Source of the DNA: an uncultured Candidatus Saccharibacteria bacterium
Lineage (GTDB): Bacteria; Patescibacteriota; Minisyncoccia; Phycocordibacterales; SBAW01
Assembly: GCA_964566795.1 (NCBI GenBank)
Contig: CAZMIU010000001.1
Location: 79,388 to 143,387 of the forward strand
DNA: 64,000 nucleotides
Direction: 5' to 3'
Shown: positions 25,785 to 36,008 of the stretch, piece by piece
How positions within the stretch are numbered: position 1 is the first letter of the stretch
Layout of the letters: each line of letters begins with the position of its first letter
The notes under the pieces: generated by a model
Told to the model about the DNA's origin: nothing
The model's input: only the letters and a program-made list of their open reading frames with translations
Databases searched by the model: none
Position numbers and translations under genes: made by a program

Positions 25785-26477
25785 ATGACCCCAAAGAAGC
25801 TCGCAGAACGCCGGGCGCGCATACAAAAGCTCAACCGCGTCCTTACAAAGCTCTACCCAAAGGCCGCAATCGAGCTCAACTTTAAGAGCCCGTGGGAGCT
25901 TATGGTGGCGGTGCAGCTCTCGGCCCAGTCGACCGACAAAGGGGTCAATAAGATAACGCAGATGCTGTTTAAAAAGTATAAGACGCTCGAGGACTACGTT
26001 GAGGCAGATCAAAAGGAGTTTGAGCAGGACATCTTTGCCTCTGGGTTTTATCGCAACAAGGCGCGCAACATCTTGGGCGCGGCCCGGATGGTTAAAAATG
26101 AGTTTGGCGGCAAACTCCCTACAACAATAGAGGAGATGCTGAGGCTCCCTGGCGTGGCGCGCAAGACCGCCACGGTGGTGCTCAAGGAGGCGCATGGCGT
26201 GGTGGCGGGCATCACGGTAGACACGCACGTGATCAGGTTTGTGCAGCGCTATGATCTCTCGGACTACAAAGACCCGGTGCGTATAGAAAAAGATTTAATG
26301 CAGCTCCTGCCGCGGCAAGAGTGGGGGACCTTTACCCACCGCATCATCCACTACGGCCGCTACCTCGCCCCGGCGAGAGTGTATGACACCACCCTGGACC
26401 CACTGGTCAAAATCTACCCACCTGCCGCCAAAAAATTCCGGGTTAACTCCGGAAAATCCTCTTTAAAAAACCCTTAG
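25785..26477 (+). CDS. nth: endonuclease III-like HhH-GPD DNA glycosylase (no Fe-S cysteine cluster)
   Basis: LPGVARKTATVVL HhH-GPD motif; start at internal ATG 25785. Confidence 0.75.
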   Translation: MTPKKLAERRARIQKLNRVLTKLYPKAAIELNFKSPWELMVAVQLSAQSTDKGVNKITQMLFKKYKTLEDYVEADQKEFEQDIFASGFYRNKARNILGAARMVKNEFGGKLPTTIEEMLRLPGVARKTATVVLKEAHGVVAGITVDTHVIRFVQRYDLSDYKDPVRIEKDLMQLLPRQEWGTFTHRIIHYGRYLAPARVYDTTLDPLVKIYPPAAKKFRVNSGKSSLKNP

Positions 26478-26562
26478 CCCCAAATGCACAGCTCGCATTT
26501 GGCCGCCCCCGCCTAGGTTTTTGTAAATGGAGTTTTCATGCGGTTTGGTATACTACCTTTAT

Positions 26563-27114
26563 ATGGCATACGACTTTAAACCCTTCGAGAAGCGCATTAA
26601 AGAGATCGAGGAGCGGCTAGGGAAGGAGCTCGCGAGCGTGCGCACCGGCAGAGCCACGCCGGCAATACTTGACGGCATTACGGTCGAGAGCTATGGCTCA
26701 AGGGTCCCTATCACTCAGGTGGGCAACATTGCGGTAGAGGACGCGCGCTCTTTGCGGATTACGCCGTGGGATGCCTCGATGGGCAAAGAGATAGAGAAGG
26801 CGATCATGGTCGCCAACCTGGGGTTGGCCGTGGGCGCAGACGAGAAGGGTGTACGCGTCTCGTTCCCCGAGCTTACCAGTGAGCGCCGCGTCACGCTCCT
26901 TAAGCTCGCCAAAGAAAAGGTAGAGGAGATCCGCACGATGCTCAGAGCCGCCCGCGACGAGGTGTGGAACGACATCCAGGCAAAAGAGAAGGCAAAGGCC
27001 ATGTCGGAGGACGATAAGTTTAGGGCAAAGGATGAGATGCAAAAGCGCGTCGATGCCGCCAACGCCGCCTTTGACCAGGCTCTCGAGCGCAAAGAAAAAG
27101 AGATAGCTTCATAA
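26563..27114 (+). CDS. frr: ribosome recycling factor
   Basis: RRF family sequence, ATG 26563. Confidence 0.85.
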   Translation: MAYDFKPFEKRIKEIEERLGKELASVRTGRATPAILDGITVESYGSRVPITQVGNIAVEDARSLRITPWDASMGKEIEKAIMVANLGLAVGADEKGVRVSFPELTSERRVTLLKLAKEKVEEIRTMLRAARDEVWNDIQAKEKAKAMSEDDKFRAKDEMQKRVDAANAAFDQALERKEKEIAS

Positions 27115-27117
27115 GAG

Positions 27118-28248
27118 ATGGCACTCCTTATATTTATCGCCATACTAGTTGCGCTTATCTGGGTGCATGAGCTGGGGCACTTTAGCGTCGCCAAGCTGTT
27201 TAAAATCCGTGTCGACGAGTTTGCCATCGGCTTTCCGCCGCGGCTCTTTAGGGTCCGCTATGGCGAGACCGACTACACTTTTAACCTCTTGCTTGTGGGC
27301 GGGTTTGTGCGCATACACGGCGAGAACCCGAGCGACCTTATGCCCGGCGAGCAGGACTCGCGCGCGCTCACAAGCAAAAACCGCGGCATCCAGGCAGCGG
27401 TAATGCTCGCGGGGATTGCTTTCAATTTGATTTTTGCGTGGCTGGCGCTCTCGGCGGGTTACATGGCCGGGCTGCCTACCGCCGCAAGCGACAAGGCCCT
27501 GGGGCCCATTACTGCGCCGCAGGTGGTCATTAGCGCCGTGCTGCCGCAGAGCCCGGGCGAGCGCGCCGGATTTAAGCCCGGCGACATCATTGAGCGGCTG
27601 GAGACCGGTACAACCGTGCTCGATATTAGCAGCCCCGACGCAGGGGTCGGGATCCCGACTGAAACGTCGGGAGCTGACGCGGTGCAGGCGTTTATCGGCG
27701 AGCACCAGGACGAGAGCTTTGTTGTCACGATAGAGCGCAATGGAGAGGAGCGCACCCTGCTCGCCAAGCCGGTCGCGGGACTAGCCGAGGGCCGCAAGGT
27801 GATAGGTATCGAGTTTGGCGACATTGGGATTTTACAACTGCCGGTGCACTTGGCCTTGGCGCAGGGCGCTGTCGCGTTTAAAGACCTGACCATTGCAACC
27901 GCGCAGGGGCTGGGTTCGTTTTTAGGATCGCTTGTCGTGGGTAGCGCGGACCTCTCCCAGGTGTCGGGCCCCATCGGCATCGCGGGGGTAGGGCAAAATG
28001 CGGTTAAGGAGGGTTTTAGCACGGCTGCGGTTATTGCGGCGCTCATCTCTATTAACCTCGCGCTCATTAACCTTCTGCCCATACCAGGGCTCGACGGCGG
28101 GCGCCTGCTTGTGATCATCATCGAGGCGGTCATCCGCCGCCCCGTCGCACCGCGCGTTACCAACGCGCTTATGCTCGCGGGGCTCGCGGCCATAGTCCTT
28201 CTTATGATTGTAGTCTCAATCAACGACATCGCCCGCTTGGTTGGGTAG
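27118..28248 (+). CDS. rseP: RseP-family site-2 zinc metalloprotease (M50) with PDZ
   Basis: HELGHF, PDZ segment, NLLPIPGLDGG. Confidence 0.85.
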   Translation: MALLIFIAILVALIWVHELGHFSVAKLFKIRVDEFAIGFPPRLFRVRYGETDYTFNLLLVGGFVRIHGENPSDLMPGEQDSRALTSKNRGIQAAVMLAGIAFNLIFAWLALSAGYMAGLPTAASDKALGPITAPQVVISAVLPQSPGERAGFKPGDIIERLETGTTVLDISSPDAGVGIPTETSGADAVQAFIGEHQDESFVVTIERNGEERTLLAKPVAGLAEGRKVIGIEFGDIGILQLPVHLALAQGAVAFKDLTIATAQGLGSFLGSLVVGSADLSQVSGPIGIAGVGQNAVKEGFSTAAVIAALISINLALINLLPIPGLDGGRLLVIIIEAVIRRPVAPRVTNALMLAGLAAIVLLMIVVSINDIARLVG

Positions 28249-28286
28249 TAGCCAGAGGCCCTTTTTGGCACTACAATGGCGTCTAT

Positions 28287-29540
28287 ATGCGCCAATCTAA
28301 GCTGTTTACCAAGACGCGTCGCGAGGCCCCAAAAGATGAGGTCTCCAAAAACGCGCAGCTCCTTATCCGCGCCGGGTTTGTGCACAAAGAGATGGCAGGG
28401 GTGTATGACCTCCTGCCTCTTGGCCTTAAGACTTTCAATAAAGTAGTGGGCGTTATCCGCGAGGAGATGAATAAGATTGGCGGAGTCGAGCTGGAGCTTT
28501 CAGCTCTGCAGGAGAAGGATGTCTGGGAGAAGACGGGCCGCTGGAGCGATGAGGCAGTAGACAGCTGGTTTAAGACAGCACTTAAATCCGGCAGCGAGCT
28601 GGGCTTGGGCTTTACACACGAGGAGCCGCTTACCAACCTCATGCGCGAGCATGTGTCGTCGTACAAAGACCTGCCTGCATATCCATACCAATTCCAGACC
28701 AAGTTCCGCAACGAGACACGCGCCAAGTCTGGGCTTATGCGCACACGCGAGTTTGTGATGAAGGATCTCTACTCGTTTTCTAAAAACGAAGCCGAGCACG
28801 AAAAGTTTTATAATGCGTGTGCCGATGCATACACACGTGTGTTTGAGCGTGTGGGCCTTGGTGAGCGCACCTACAAGACGTTTGCCTCTGGGGGCTCGTT
28901 TAGCAAGTACAGCCACGAGTTCCAGACCGTGTGCGATGCAGGCGAGGATGTCATATATGTGTCCAAAGACAAAAACATCGCGATAAACAAAGAAGTATAT
29001 ACCGATGAGGTGCTCAAAGACCTCGGGCTATCCAAAGATGAGCTTGTGGAGGAAAAGGCAATAGAGGTGGGTAACATCTTTAGCCTTGGTACGCGTTTTT
29101 CTGACGCGCTTAACCTTAGCTACAAAGACGAGTCCGGAACGCAGGTACCGGTTGTGATGGGCAGCTACGGCATTGGCCCGGCCCGGCTTATGGCAACAAT
29201 TGCTGAGCTTATGAGTGACGACAAGGGCCTTGTTTGGCCGGAGGCGGTGGCGCCGTTTAGGGTGCATCTGGTGCGCTTGGGCGATGAGCAGTCGGTTGTT
29301 GAGGACGCCGACGAGCTCTACCGCGAGCTCAGCGAGGCCGGGGTCGAGGTTTTGTACGACGACCGCGACCTGAGGGCAGGCGAGAAGTTTGCCGACTCCG
29401 ACCTCATTGGCATACCGCTGCGCATTGTTGTCTCCGAGAAAACAGTTAGCGCAGGCAAGTATGAGTGCGTCGAGCGCTCCGCGGGCGCCACACACCACAA
29501 GAGCCTTTCTGAGCTTATAGGCAAGCTTACCGCGCGCTAA
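28287..29540 (+). CDS. proS: prolyl-tRNA synthetase (417 aa, no editing domain)
   Basis: class II ProRS N-terminus MRQSKLFTKTRRE..QLLIRAGF, anticodon-binding C-term. Confidence 0.85.
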   Translation: MRQSKLFTKTRREAPKDEVSKNAQLLIRAGFVHKEMAGVYDLLPLGLKTFNKVVGVIREEMNKIGGVELELSALQEKDVWEKTGRWSDEAVDSWFKTALKSGSELGLGFTHEEPLTNLMREHVSSYKDLPAYPYQFQTKFRNETRAKSGLMRTREFVMKDLYSFSKNEAEHEKFYNACADAYTRVFERVGLGERTYKTFASGGSFSKYSHEFQTVCDAGEDVIYVSKDKNIAINKEVYTDEVLKDLGLSKDELVEEKAIEVGNIFSLGTRFSDALNLSYKDESGTQVPVVMGSYGIGPARLMATIAELMSDDKGLVWPEAVAPFRVHLVRLGDEQSVVEDADELYRELSEAGVEVLYDDRDLRAGEKFADSDLIGIPLRIVVSEKTVSAGKYECVERSAGATHHKSLSELIGKLTAR

Positions 29541-29548
29541 CCGCGGGT

Positions 29549-30625
29549 GTGGGCGCCCCATATACCGCCATGGCCAACTACTTTAAAGACCGCATACTGC
29601 CGCTCATCTCCAACGACGTTGGTATAGACCTGGGTACGGCGAACACGCTTGTGTATCTGCGCGGCAAGGGCATTGTGGTCTCCGAGCCATCGGTGGTTGC
29701 GGTCAACCAAAAGACAGGGCAGGTGGTGGCCGTAGGCACCGCTGCCAAGCAGATGCTTGGCCGCACGCCCGGACACCTCGTTGCGGTGCGCCCATTGGTA
29801 GAGGGCGTGGTCTCCGATTATGAGGCCACCGAGGAGATGCTTGCGTATTTAATAAACAGGGCACAGGGCGTATCTAAAAAGATGCTGGGGCCGCGCGCGG
29901 TCTTGGGCGTGCCCTCGGGTATCACCAACGTGGAGGTGCGCGCTGTGATAGACGCGGCACGCGGCGCAGGTGCCCGCGAGGTACATATTGTGGAAGAGCC
30001 GGTGGCGGCAGCACTCGGCATACGCATGCCCATACGCGAGGCGATGGGCTCAATGATTGTCGACATCGGTGGCGGCAACACCGACATCGCAGTGCTGTCG
30101 CTCGGCGGCATTGTCCGCTCGAAAAACCTGCGCATTGCCGGCGACAAGTTAAATCAGGACATTATTTCCTACGTGCGCTCGGAGTTTAAGATTTTAATTG
30201 GTGAAAAGACTGCCGAGCAGGTCAAGATGGCCATAGGCTCTGTGGTGGAGGGCGACGGCTCTTTGCAGGCGGTGGTGCGCGGCCGTGACCTTATCACGGG
30301 GCTCCCGCGCGAGGTTATCATTACCGACCAGGATTTGCGCGAGGCAATCTCGCAGTCTATAGACACACTCATTGAGAGTGTGCGCGAGGTGTTGGAAACC
30401 ACGCCGCCCGAGATACTCTCTGACATCATGCGCGGCGGCATTGTGCTGGTGGGCGGCGGCGCGCAGTTGCGCGGCCTCGACACACTCCTCACGCAGTGGC
30501 TCAAGGTGCCGGTTGTTGTAGCCGATGATCCTCTTACGGCGGTGGCGCGCGGCACCGGCGTTATACTGGAGAATCTTGAGGCGCATCGCGACCTCTTAAT
30601 AGACAACGATGGCGATATCTCCTAG
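29549..30625 (+). CDS. mreB: actin-like rod-shape protein MreB (copy 2)
   Basis: VGIDLGTANTLVYL..; heads mreB-mreC-mreD-PBP2 cluster. Confidence 0.85.
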   Translation: MGAPYTAMANYFKDRILPLISNDVGIDLGTANTLVYLRGKGIVVSEPSVVAVNQKTGQVVAVGTAAKQMLGRTPGHLVAVRPLVEGVVSDYEATEEMLAYLINRAQGVSKKMLGPRAVLGVPSGITNVEVRAVIDAARGAGAREVHIVEEPVAAALGIRMPIREAMGSMIVDIGGGNTDIAVLSLGGIVRSKNLRIAGDKLNQDIISYVRSEFKILIGEKTAEQVKMAIGSVVEGDGSLQAVVRGRDLITGLPREVIITDQDLREAISQSIDTLIESVREVLETTPPEILSDIMRGGIVLVGGGAQLRGLDTLLTQWLKVPVVVADDPLTAVARGTGVILENLEAHRDLLIDNDGDIS

Positions 30626-31367
30626 CCCTTTTGACCGTATACAAAAGACGCGCCGCACGTCATCGCGCTCGTGGCTTATCTGGGTGCTTGTGCTTGTCCT
30701 GCTCATTGGCGCAACGCTTATGCTTAGGGGCTCTGCGGCCAGTGTGTTCTGGCAGGTGTGGGCGCCTGTGGCGCGTGTGCGCGAGGCGCTGGGGGAGAGC
30801 GAGGCTGCAAGGCTACGCACACAAGTAGCGGTGCTCGAGGCAAAACTTGCCGACCGCGACGCTCTGTATAAAGAGACGCTCGATCTTAAGGAGAGGCTCG
30901 GCCGCTCTGATGTGCCAGGCACGCGTATACTCGCGGGCGTGCTGCTCTCGCCGCCGTGGAGCCCGTACGACACGCTTGTGGTAGATGCCGGAGAGGCGCA
31001 GGGCATCAAGCTTGGCGACCTGGTCTACGCGGGCGGCCAAACGCTTATTGGGCATGTCACTGAGGTGTACGCCACCACCGCGCGCGTGGAATTATTCTCG
31101 GCACCCGGTGCAACCTATCAGGCCACGCTACGCGGCGAGATACCCATGGCGCTCGAGGGTCAGGGGGGAGGCTCGCTTCGCGCTGAGATACCGGCCGCTA
31201 CCTCAGTTGCGGTGGGCGACACGGTAGAGCTACCGGGCATATGGGGAGGTCTTGTGGGGCATGTGAGCGCAACCGACGCGCGTGCTGGAGAGTCATTTAT
31301 AGTGATATACATGCAGCTGCCCGTTAACCCGTCGAGCCTCTCTGTTTTGGAAATACAACCACAATGA
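30609..31367 (+). CDS. mreC: rod shape-determining protein MreC
   Basis: N-terminal TM, coiled coil, beta-barrel domains; position after mreB. Confidence 0.7.
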   Translation: MAISPSPFDRIQKTRRTSSRSWLIWVLVLVLLIGATLMLRGSAASVFWQVWAPVARVREALGESEAARLRTQVAVLEAKLADRDALYKETLDLKERLGRSDVPGTRILAGVLLSPPWSPYDTLVVDAGEAQGIKLGDLVYAGGQTLIGHVTEVYATTARVELFSAPGATYQATLRGEIPMALEGQGGGSLRAEIPAATSVAVGDTVELPGIWGGLVGHVSATDARAGESFIVIYMQLPVNPSSLSVLEIQPQ

Positions 31368-31654
31368 ACCTTGCTAGCCGCTACATATATGCACTCACCT
31401 TTGCCATTGCGGCCACAGGGTTTTTGCTGCCGTTTTGGCCGTTGTGCGTGGTGGGCATACTTATCGCCGCACTGTCTGGCAGATACGTGTTTGCCATTGT
31501 TGTAGCGCTTTTGATAGATGTGGGCTCCGGCGTGCCGCAGGGGATACTTCACTACTTGTTTGTGCCCTTCACACTACTGTCCATAGTGGCGGCGCTAGTG
31601 CGCGCGTTTGCCATCAGCTATTTTTTGGACAAAACCCCACCCAGTACGCTTTAA
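31364..31654 (+). CDS. mreD: MreD-like small membrane protein (position-based)
   Basis: 96-aa 3-TM protein between mreC and PBP2. Confidence 0.4.
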   Translation: MNLASRYIYALTFAIAATGFLLPFWPLCVVGILIAALSGRYVFAIVVALLIDVGSGVPQGILHYLFVPFTLLSIVAALVRAFAISYFLDKTPPSTL

Positions 31655-31661
31655 TAGCCGT

Positions 31662-33347
31662 ATGCTGAGGCGATGGCTGAGAAAGGGGAGGATTAAGCGC
31701 GAGATCCATCCGGACGAGATTTTTATTGATGCGGAAAACGTCTCCGACTTTGACCGCGACCGCTTTGAGGGCCGCATCGAGCGGCCCATATCGCGCCGCC
31801 AGCTTGGCGCCGCGGGCGGCGCGGTGGGGCTTGCTATTTTTCTGCTGTTTTTGCGGGCGGGGACACTGCAGGTTGTACACGGTGCCGAGTATGCCGAGCA
31901 GGCTTCCAAAAACCAGCTTGCAGAGCAGACCATATTTGCCGACCGTGGCGCTATCGTGGACAGAAACGGCACGCCTCTGGCGTGGAGCGAGCGCGAGCGG
32001 GTAGAGGACGACTTTGCCAAGCGCGTGTATGCAGAGCTCCGGGGCTTGGCACACGCGGTGGGCTACACCAAGGCGCCGGCCAAGGACTCATCGGGTAATT
32101 ACTTTAGGACCGAGTTTGAGGGGCTCGATGGCGCCGAGGATGCCTACAACGACCGGCTAGGCGGGCAAAACGGCCTGAGGCTTACCGAGACAGACGCGTT
32201 GGGCAAGGTGGTGTCGGAGGCAACCACGCGCGCACCTGTGCCTGGCGACACGCTGACACTTTCTTTAGATGCGCGCGTAACTGAGGGGCTCTATGACGTG
32301 CTGGCGACCAACGCATCAAAGGCCAACTTCCAGGGTGCCGCGGGCGTCATTATGGACGTACGCAGCGGAGAGCTTTTGGCCATGACGAGTTACCCGGAGT
32401 ACAACCAAAATGCAATGACCATGGGGGAGCGCGATGCCATCGCAGGCTACAACGAGGACAAGCGCCAGCCGTTTTTGGACCGCGCAATAGACGGCTTGTA
32501 TGCGCCGGGCTCTATCGTCAAGCCCATTATGGCCGCGGGGGCCATACACGACGGCGTTATCAGCGAGTACAAGCAGATAGAGTCTACCGGCCGTATCACA
32601 ATCCCAAACCCATACGACCCAGACAATCCGACTGTGTTTAAGGACTGGCGCGTCAACGGCTGGACAGATGCGCGTCGCGCCATTGCCGTATCGTCTGACG
32701 TGTACTTTTATACGGTTGGCGGCGGGCACGGCGACCAACAGGGAATGGGTATCACCAATATAGACAAGTGGCTAAGCGCGTTTGGCTACGGCCAAGATGC
32801 GGGCCTCAAGGGCTTCTCGTCCAAGGAGGGCACCATACCCACGATAGAGTGGAAGGCAAAAACATTCCCCAATGATCCGACCTGGCGCCTGGGCAACACC
32901 TATCACACGGCTATAGGCCAGTTTGGCACCCAGGTTACGCCGCTGCAGGCGGTGCGTACTGCTGCCGCTATCGCCAACGGCGGCACACTGCTCACCCCGA
33001 CCCTTATCGCAAGCTCGACCCAGAAGGGCACACACATTGATATCGACCCTCATGCGCTCCAGGTTGCGCGCGAGGGCATGCGCATGGCGGTACAAGAGGG
33101 CGGGACTGCCACGGGCGCCAATGTGCCCTATGTGCAGGTGGCGGCCAAGTCGGGTACCGCACAGGTCGGTATGAAAAATGAGTACGTTAACGCGTGGCTT
33201 ATTGGCTTTTGGCCGTATGAAAACCCCAAATACGCCTTTGCGTTTTTGCTAGACCGGGCGCCTGCCGGGACCGCAACGGGCGGCAACATTATAGTGAGCC
33301 AGTTCTTGTCGTGGATGAATCAGAACGCACCCGGGTACTTTAAATAA
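31662..33347 (+). CDS. mrdA: penicillin-binding protein 2 (elongasome transpeptidase)
   Basis: SIVKP (SxxK), KSGTAQ (KTG) motifs; follows mreBCD. Confidence 0.8.
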   Translation: MLRRWLRKGRIKREIHPDEIFIDAENVSDFDRDRFEGRIERPISRRQLGAAGGAVGLAIFLLFLRAGTLQVVHGAEYAEQASKNQLAEQTIFADRGAIVDRNGTPLAWSERERVEDDFAKRVYAELRGLAHAVGYTKAPAKDSSGNYFRTEFEGLDGAEDAYNDRLGGQNGLRLTETDALGKVVSEATTRAPVPGDTLTLSLDARVTEGLYDVLATNASKANFQGAAGVIMDVRSGELLAMTSYPEYNQNAMTMGERDAIAGYNEDKRQPFLDRAIDGLYAPGSIVKPIMAAGAIHDGVISEYKQIESTGRITIPNPYDPDNPTVFKDWRVNGWTDARRAIAVSSDVYFYTVGGGHGDQQGMGITNIDKWLSAFGYGQDAGLKGFSSKEGTIPTIEWKAKTFPNDPTWRLGNTYHTAIGQFGTQVTPLQAVRTAAAIANGGTLLTPTLIASSTQKGTHIDIDPHALQVAREGMRMAVQEGGTATGANVPYVQVAAKSGTAQVGMKNEYVNAWLIGFWPYENPKYAFAFLLDRAPAGTATGGNIIVSQFLSWMNQNAPGYFK

Positions 33348-33446
33348 GGGCGCCTGCGGACTTTCTATAGCCTTGACAGGGTCTCCCGTTCCTATACACT
33401 TATGCCACGTAACCTAACCCCCGAGAGGGGAATTTTAAGTCCATAT

Positions 33447-33905
33447 ATGGAAGAAATGATGTCCCAGGAGAAGTTCGAGGAGCTGACCCACGAGCTCGAG
33501 CAGCTGCGCACTACCCGCCGCAAGGAGGTTGCGGAGCAGCTTGAGTACGCACGCTCCCTGGGGGATTTGTCTGAAAACGCCGAGTACCAGGAGGCGCGCG
33601 AGATGCAGTCTGCGGTAGAGGAGCGCATCGGCAAGCTCGAGCATATACTCAAACACGCCAAGATCGTAAAAGCCGGCAAGAGTGACGGCGTTGGCATGGG
33701 TTCGACCGTGACTGTGCAAAAGATCGGCGGCGAAGACAAACATGTCTACACCATTGTGGGTGCAGAGGAGGCCGACATCATCAAGGGCAAGGTGAGCTAT
33801 CACTCGCCGCTTGGCGCTGCACTGCTCAGCAAGAAAAAGGGCGACGAGTTCTCGTTCTCGACCCCGCGCGGTGTCCAAAAATACAAGATTTTAAAGGTTG
33901 AGTAG
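33447..33905 (+). CDS. greA: transcription elongation factor GreA
   Basis: coiled-coil N-term and FKBP-like C-term GreA sequence. Confidence 0.85.
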   Translation: MEEMMSQEKFEELTHELEQLRTTRRKEVAEQLEYARSLGDLSENAEYQEAREMQSAVEERIGKLEHILKHAKIVKAGKSDGVGMGSTVTVQKIGGEDKHVYTIVGAEEADIIKGKVSYHSPLGAALLSKKKGDEFSFSTPRGVQKYKILKVE

Positions 33906-33913
33906 GCAAAAAA

Positions 33914-33945
33914 TTGCCCCGGACTAATTGTCCGGGGCTTTTTAG
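33914..33945 (+). terminator. rho-independent terminator
   Basis: GCCCCGGAC-taatt-GTCCGGGGC + TTTTT. Confidence 0.7.
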
Positions 33946-33957
33946 GTTGTACGCCGG

Positions 33958-34311
33958 TTACTGCTTGGCGTTTGCGGTGGCGGTGTATGCGCCTTCGATC
34001 AGCTTGGCCAACCTGGCGGCTGGCGGCTGTTGAGTGAGGCCCAGGCGCTTGGCGTAGTCGGTCAGACCCTGTGCAGTCCTGTCCTGGACTTGGGAAAGCG
34101 CCCATTTCTTGGGCTTGCCCCACTCGCTGCTGTCGGGGGTCTTCTTGCGGACCCACACATAGGTCTCGACTCCGTTCTGGATGTAGTCGAGCATCAGCTG
34201 CGACTCGTCCTCAAAGTAGGCTTCTCCGTCTACCTGGACAGACCGGATAAGTGAGTGCCCCTCCGGAAGGTTGAGTTTTCGTCCCTTAACAATCTGGCAT
34301 CCCATTGCCAC
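33958..34311 (-). CDS. hypothetical protein (117 aa)
   Basis: ORF only. Confidence 0.35.
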   Translation of the reverse strand: MAMGCQIVKGRKLNLPEGHSLIRSVQVDGEAYFEDESQLMLDYIQNGVETYVWVRKKTPDSSEWGKPKKWALSQVQDRTAQGLTDYAKRLGLTQQPPAARLAKLIEGAYTATANAKQ

Positions 34312-34490
34312 ACGTCCTGTTATGCCCCGTAGGGCGTTGCGGTTTAGCCCTGTGCAACGCTGTAGTAACGCTACCCATAGTTCGGCGTACTCTGTACTTC
34401 TCGCCGTATAGTAGCGTACTACTCTTTTTTACCCCGTCAAGTGTGGGGCTCATATACCGCCTTAGCCCAAAAAACGCTATAGTTGAGGGA

Positions 34491-36008
34491 ATGTTTTGGG
34501 CAGACCGCATTGTCGGGGAGATTGAGAAGCGCTTTGGTAAGCCGGGGCGCCCTTTGCTTATACGCGACGAAAAGACCCTTTCTGGGCGTGTGCACGTGGG
34601 CTCTCTTCGCGGGGTGGCCATACACGGGCTTGTGCATGAGGTGCTTGGCGAGAAGGGGGTGGAGACAACATTTAAATTTGAGTTTAACGACTACGACCCC
34701 ATGGACGGGATCCCGGCATATTTGGACCAGGCCGCGTACGAGAAATATCTGGGCATGCCGCTCAAAAATATCCCAAGCCCTGAGGATGGTTATGACAACT
34801 TTGCCGAGTACTACGGCGCCGAGTTTAAGGGGGTTATAGAGGCCGCGGGTTGGCACACAGAGGTGTACCGCTCGAGCGAGCTTTACCTCAAGGGCCAGAT
34901 GGATGAGGTAATACGCCAGGCACTTGAGGGTGCAGAGGATATCCGCCGCATATACAAGCAGGTCTCCGGTGGCGAACGTAAAGACACATGGCTTCCCATA
35001 AGCGTTATCTGCCCCACATGCGGCAAACTCTCAACCACGTTTGCGTCAGATTTTGACGGCGAGACTGTGCAGGTTCAGTGTCGCGACCTCGACTGGGTAA
35101 AGGGCTGCGGGTTTGAGGGCCGCGTCTCTCCGTTTGGCGGTAGGGCCAAACTCCCGTGGAAGGTCGAGTGGCCCGCCAAGTGGAAGGTGATGGGGGTCGA
35201 AATTGAGGGCGCAGGCAAAGACCACTCAACCAAGGGCGGCTCGCGCGACGTGGCCAACCATATTTCCAAAGAGGTGTTTGCGTACGAACCGCCGTTTGAT
35301 GTACCATACGAGTTCTTTTTGGTGGGTGGTAAGAAGATGTCCTCGTCAAAAGGGCAGGGCAGCAGCGCCAAAGAGATTGCAGATCTTGTGCCGGCCAAGA
35401 TTTTGCGCCTCGCGCTTTTGAGCAAGGACCCCATGCACGCGTTTAGCTTTGACCCGGAGGGGGATACCATCCCTGTTTTGTACGACCTCTACGACAAGTT
35501 GGCCGCAGAGTACTGGGCGGGCACGCGCGATGACTTCTCTAGATTGTTTGAGTATGTGCATCCGGGCCGCGCCATCCCGGCACAATCCACGCTCCCGCGC
35601 TTTAGCCAGGTGGCGTTTGTGGTGCAGATGCCGCATATGGATATCTACAAAGAGTTCCCCGAGGCCGACCGCGCCGAGCTCGATGAGCGTGCCAAGTACG
35701 CGGCACACTGGCTAGAGGCGTATGCGCCCGAGAAGTTTGTCTTTAAGCTCCAGGACGAGCTGCCTGAGATAGCCCGTAATCTGCCCGACACAAGCAAAGC
35801 GGCGCTCAAGGCTTTGCACGAGTATATCTCCAGCCAAAGTGACATGCCCACCGGCGAGGAGCTCCATACCGAGCTCCACAAAACCAAAGAGTTTAAGGCC
35901 ATCTATTTGGCCTTTTTGGGCAAGGAGAGCGGCCCCAAGGCCGGGTGGTTCCTCTCATCGCTCCCGCGCGACTTTGTGCTCAGGCGTTTAGAAGAAGCGT
36001 CCAAATAG
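34491..36008 (+). CDS. lysK: lysyl-tRNA synthetase, class I (archaeal/LysK type)
   Basis: FWADRIV, GRVHVGSLRG (HIGH region), IEGAGKDH, KMSSSKGQG (KMSKS); GAGGGA RBS before ATG 34491. Confidence 0.75.
   Translation: MFWADRIVGEIEKRFGKPGRPLLIRDEKTLSGRVHVGSLRGVAIHGLVHEVLGEKGVETTFKFEFNDYDPMDGIPAYLDQAAYEKYLGMPLKNIPSPEDGYDNFAEYYGAEFKGVIEAAGWHTEVYRSSELYLKGQMDEVIRQALEGAEDIRRIYKQVSGGERKDTWLPISVICPTCGKLSTTFASDFDGETVQVQCRDLDWVKGCGFEGRVSPFGGRAKLPWKVEWPAKWKVMGVEIEGAGKDHSTKGGSRDVANHISKEVFAYEPPFDVPYEFFLVGGKKMSSSKGQGSSAKEIADLVPAKILRLALLSKDPMHAFSFDPEGDTIPVLYDLYDKLAAEYWAGTRDDFSRLFEYVHPGRAIPAQSTLPRFSQVAFVVQMPHMDIYKEFPEADRAELDERAKYAAHWLEAYAPEKFVFKLQDELPEIARNLPDTSKAALKALHEYISSQSDMPTGEELHTELHKTKEFKAIYLAFLGKESGPKAGWFLSSLPRDFVLRRLEEASK

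Noticed and set aside
34305-34490. N-terminal 62-aa extension of the class I LysRS as drawn in the ORF track
   Set aside because: The extension is low-complexity and has no homology. ATG 34491 with a GAGGGA RBS aligns with the conserved FWAD N-terminus of class I LysRS.
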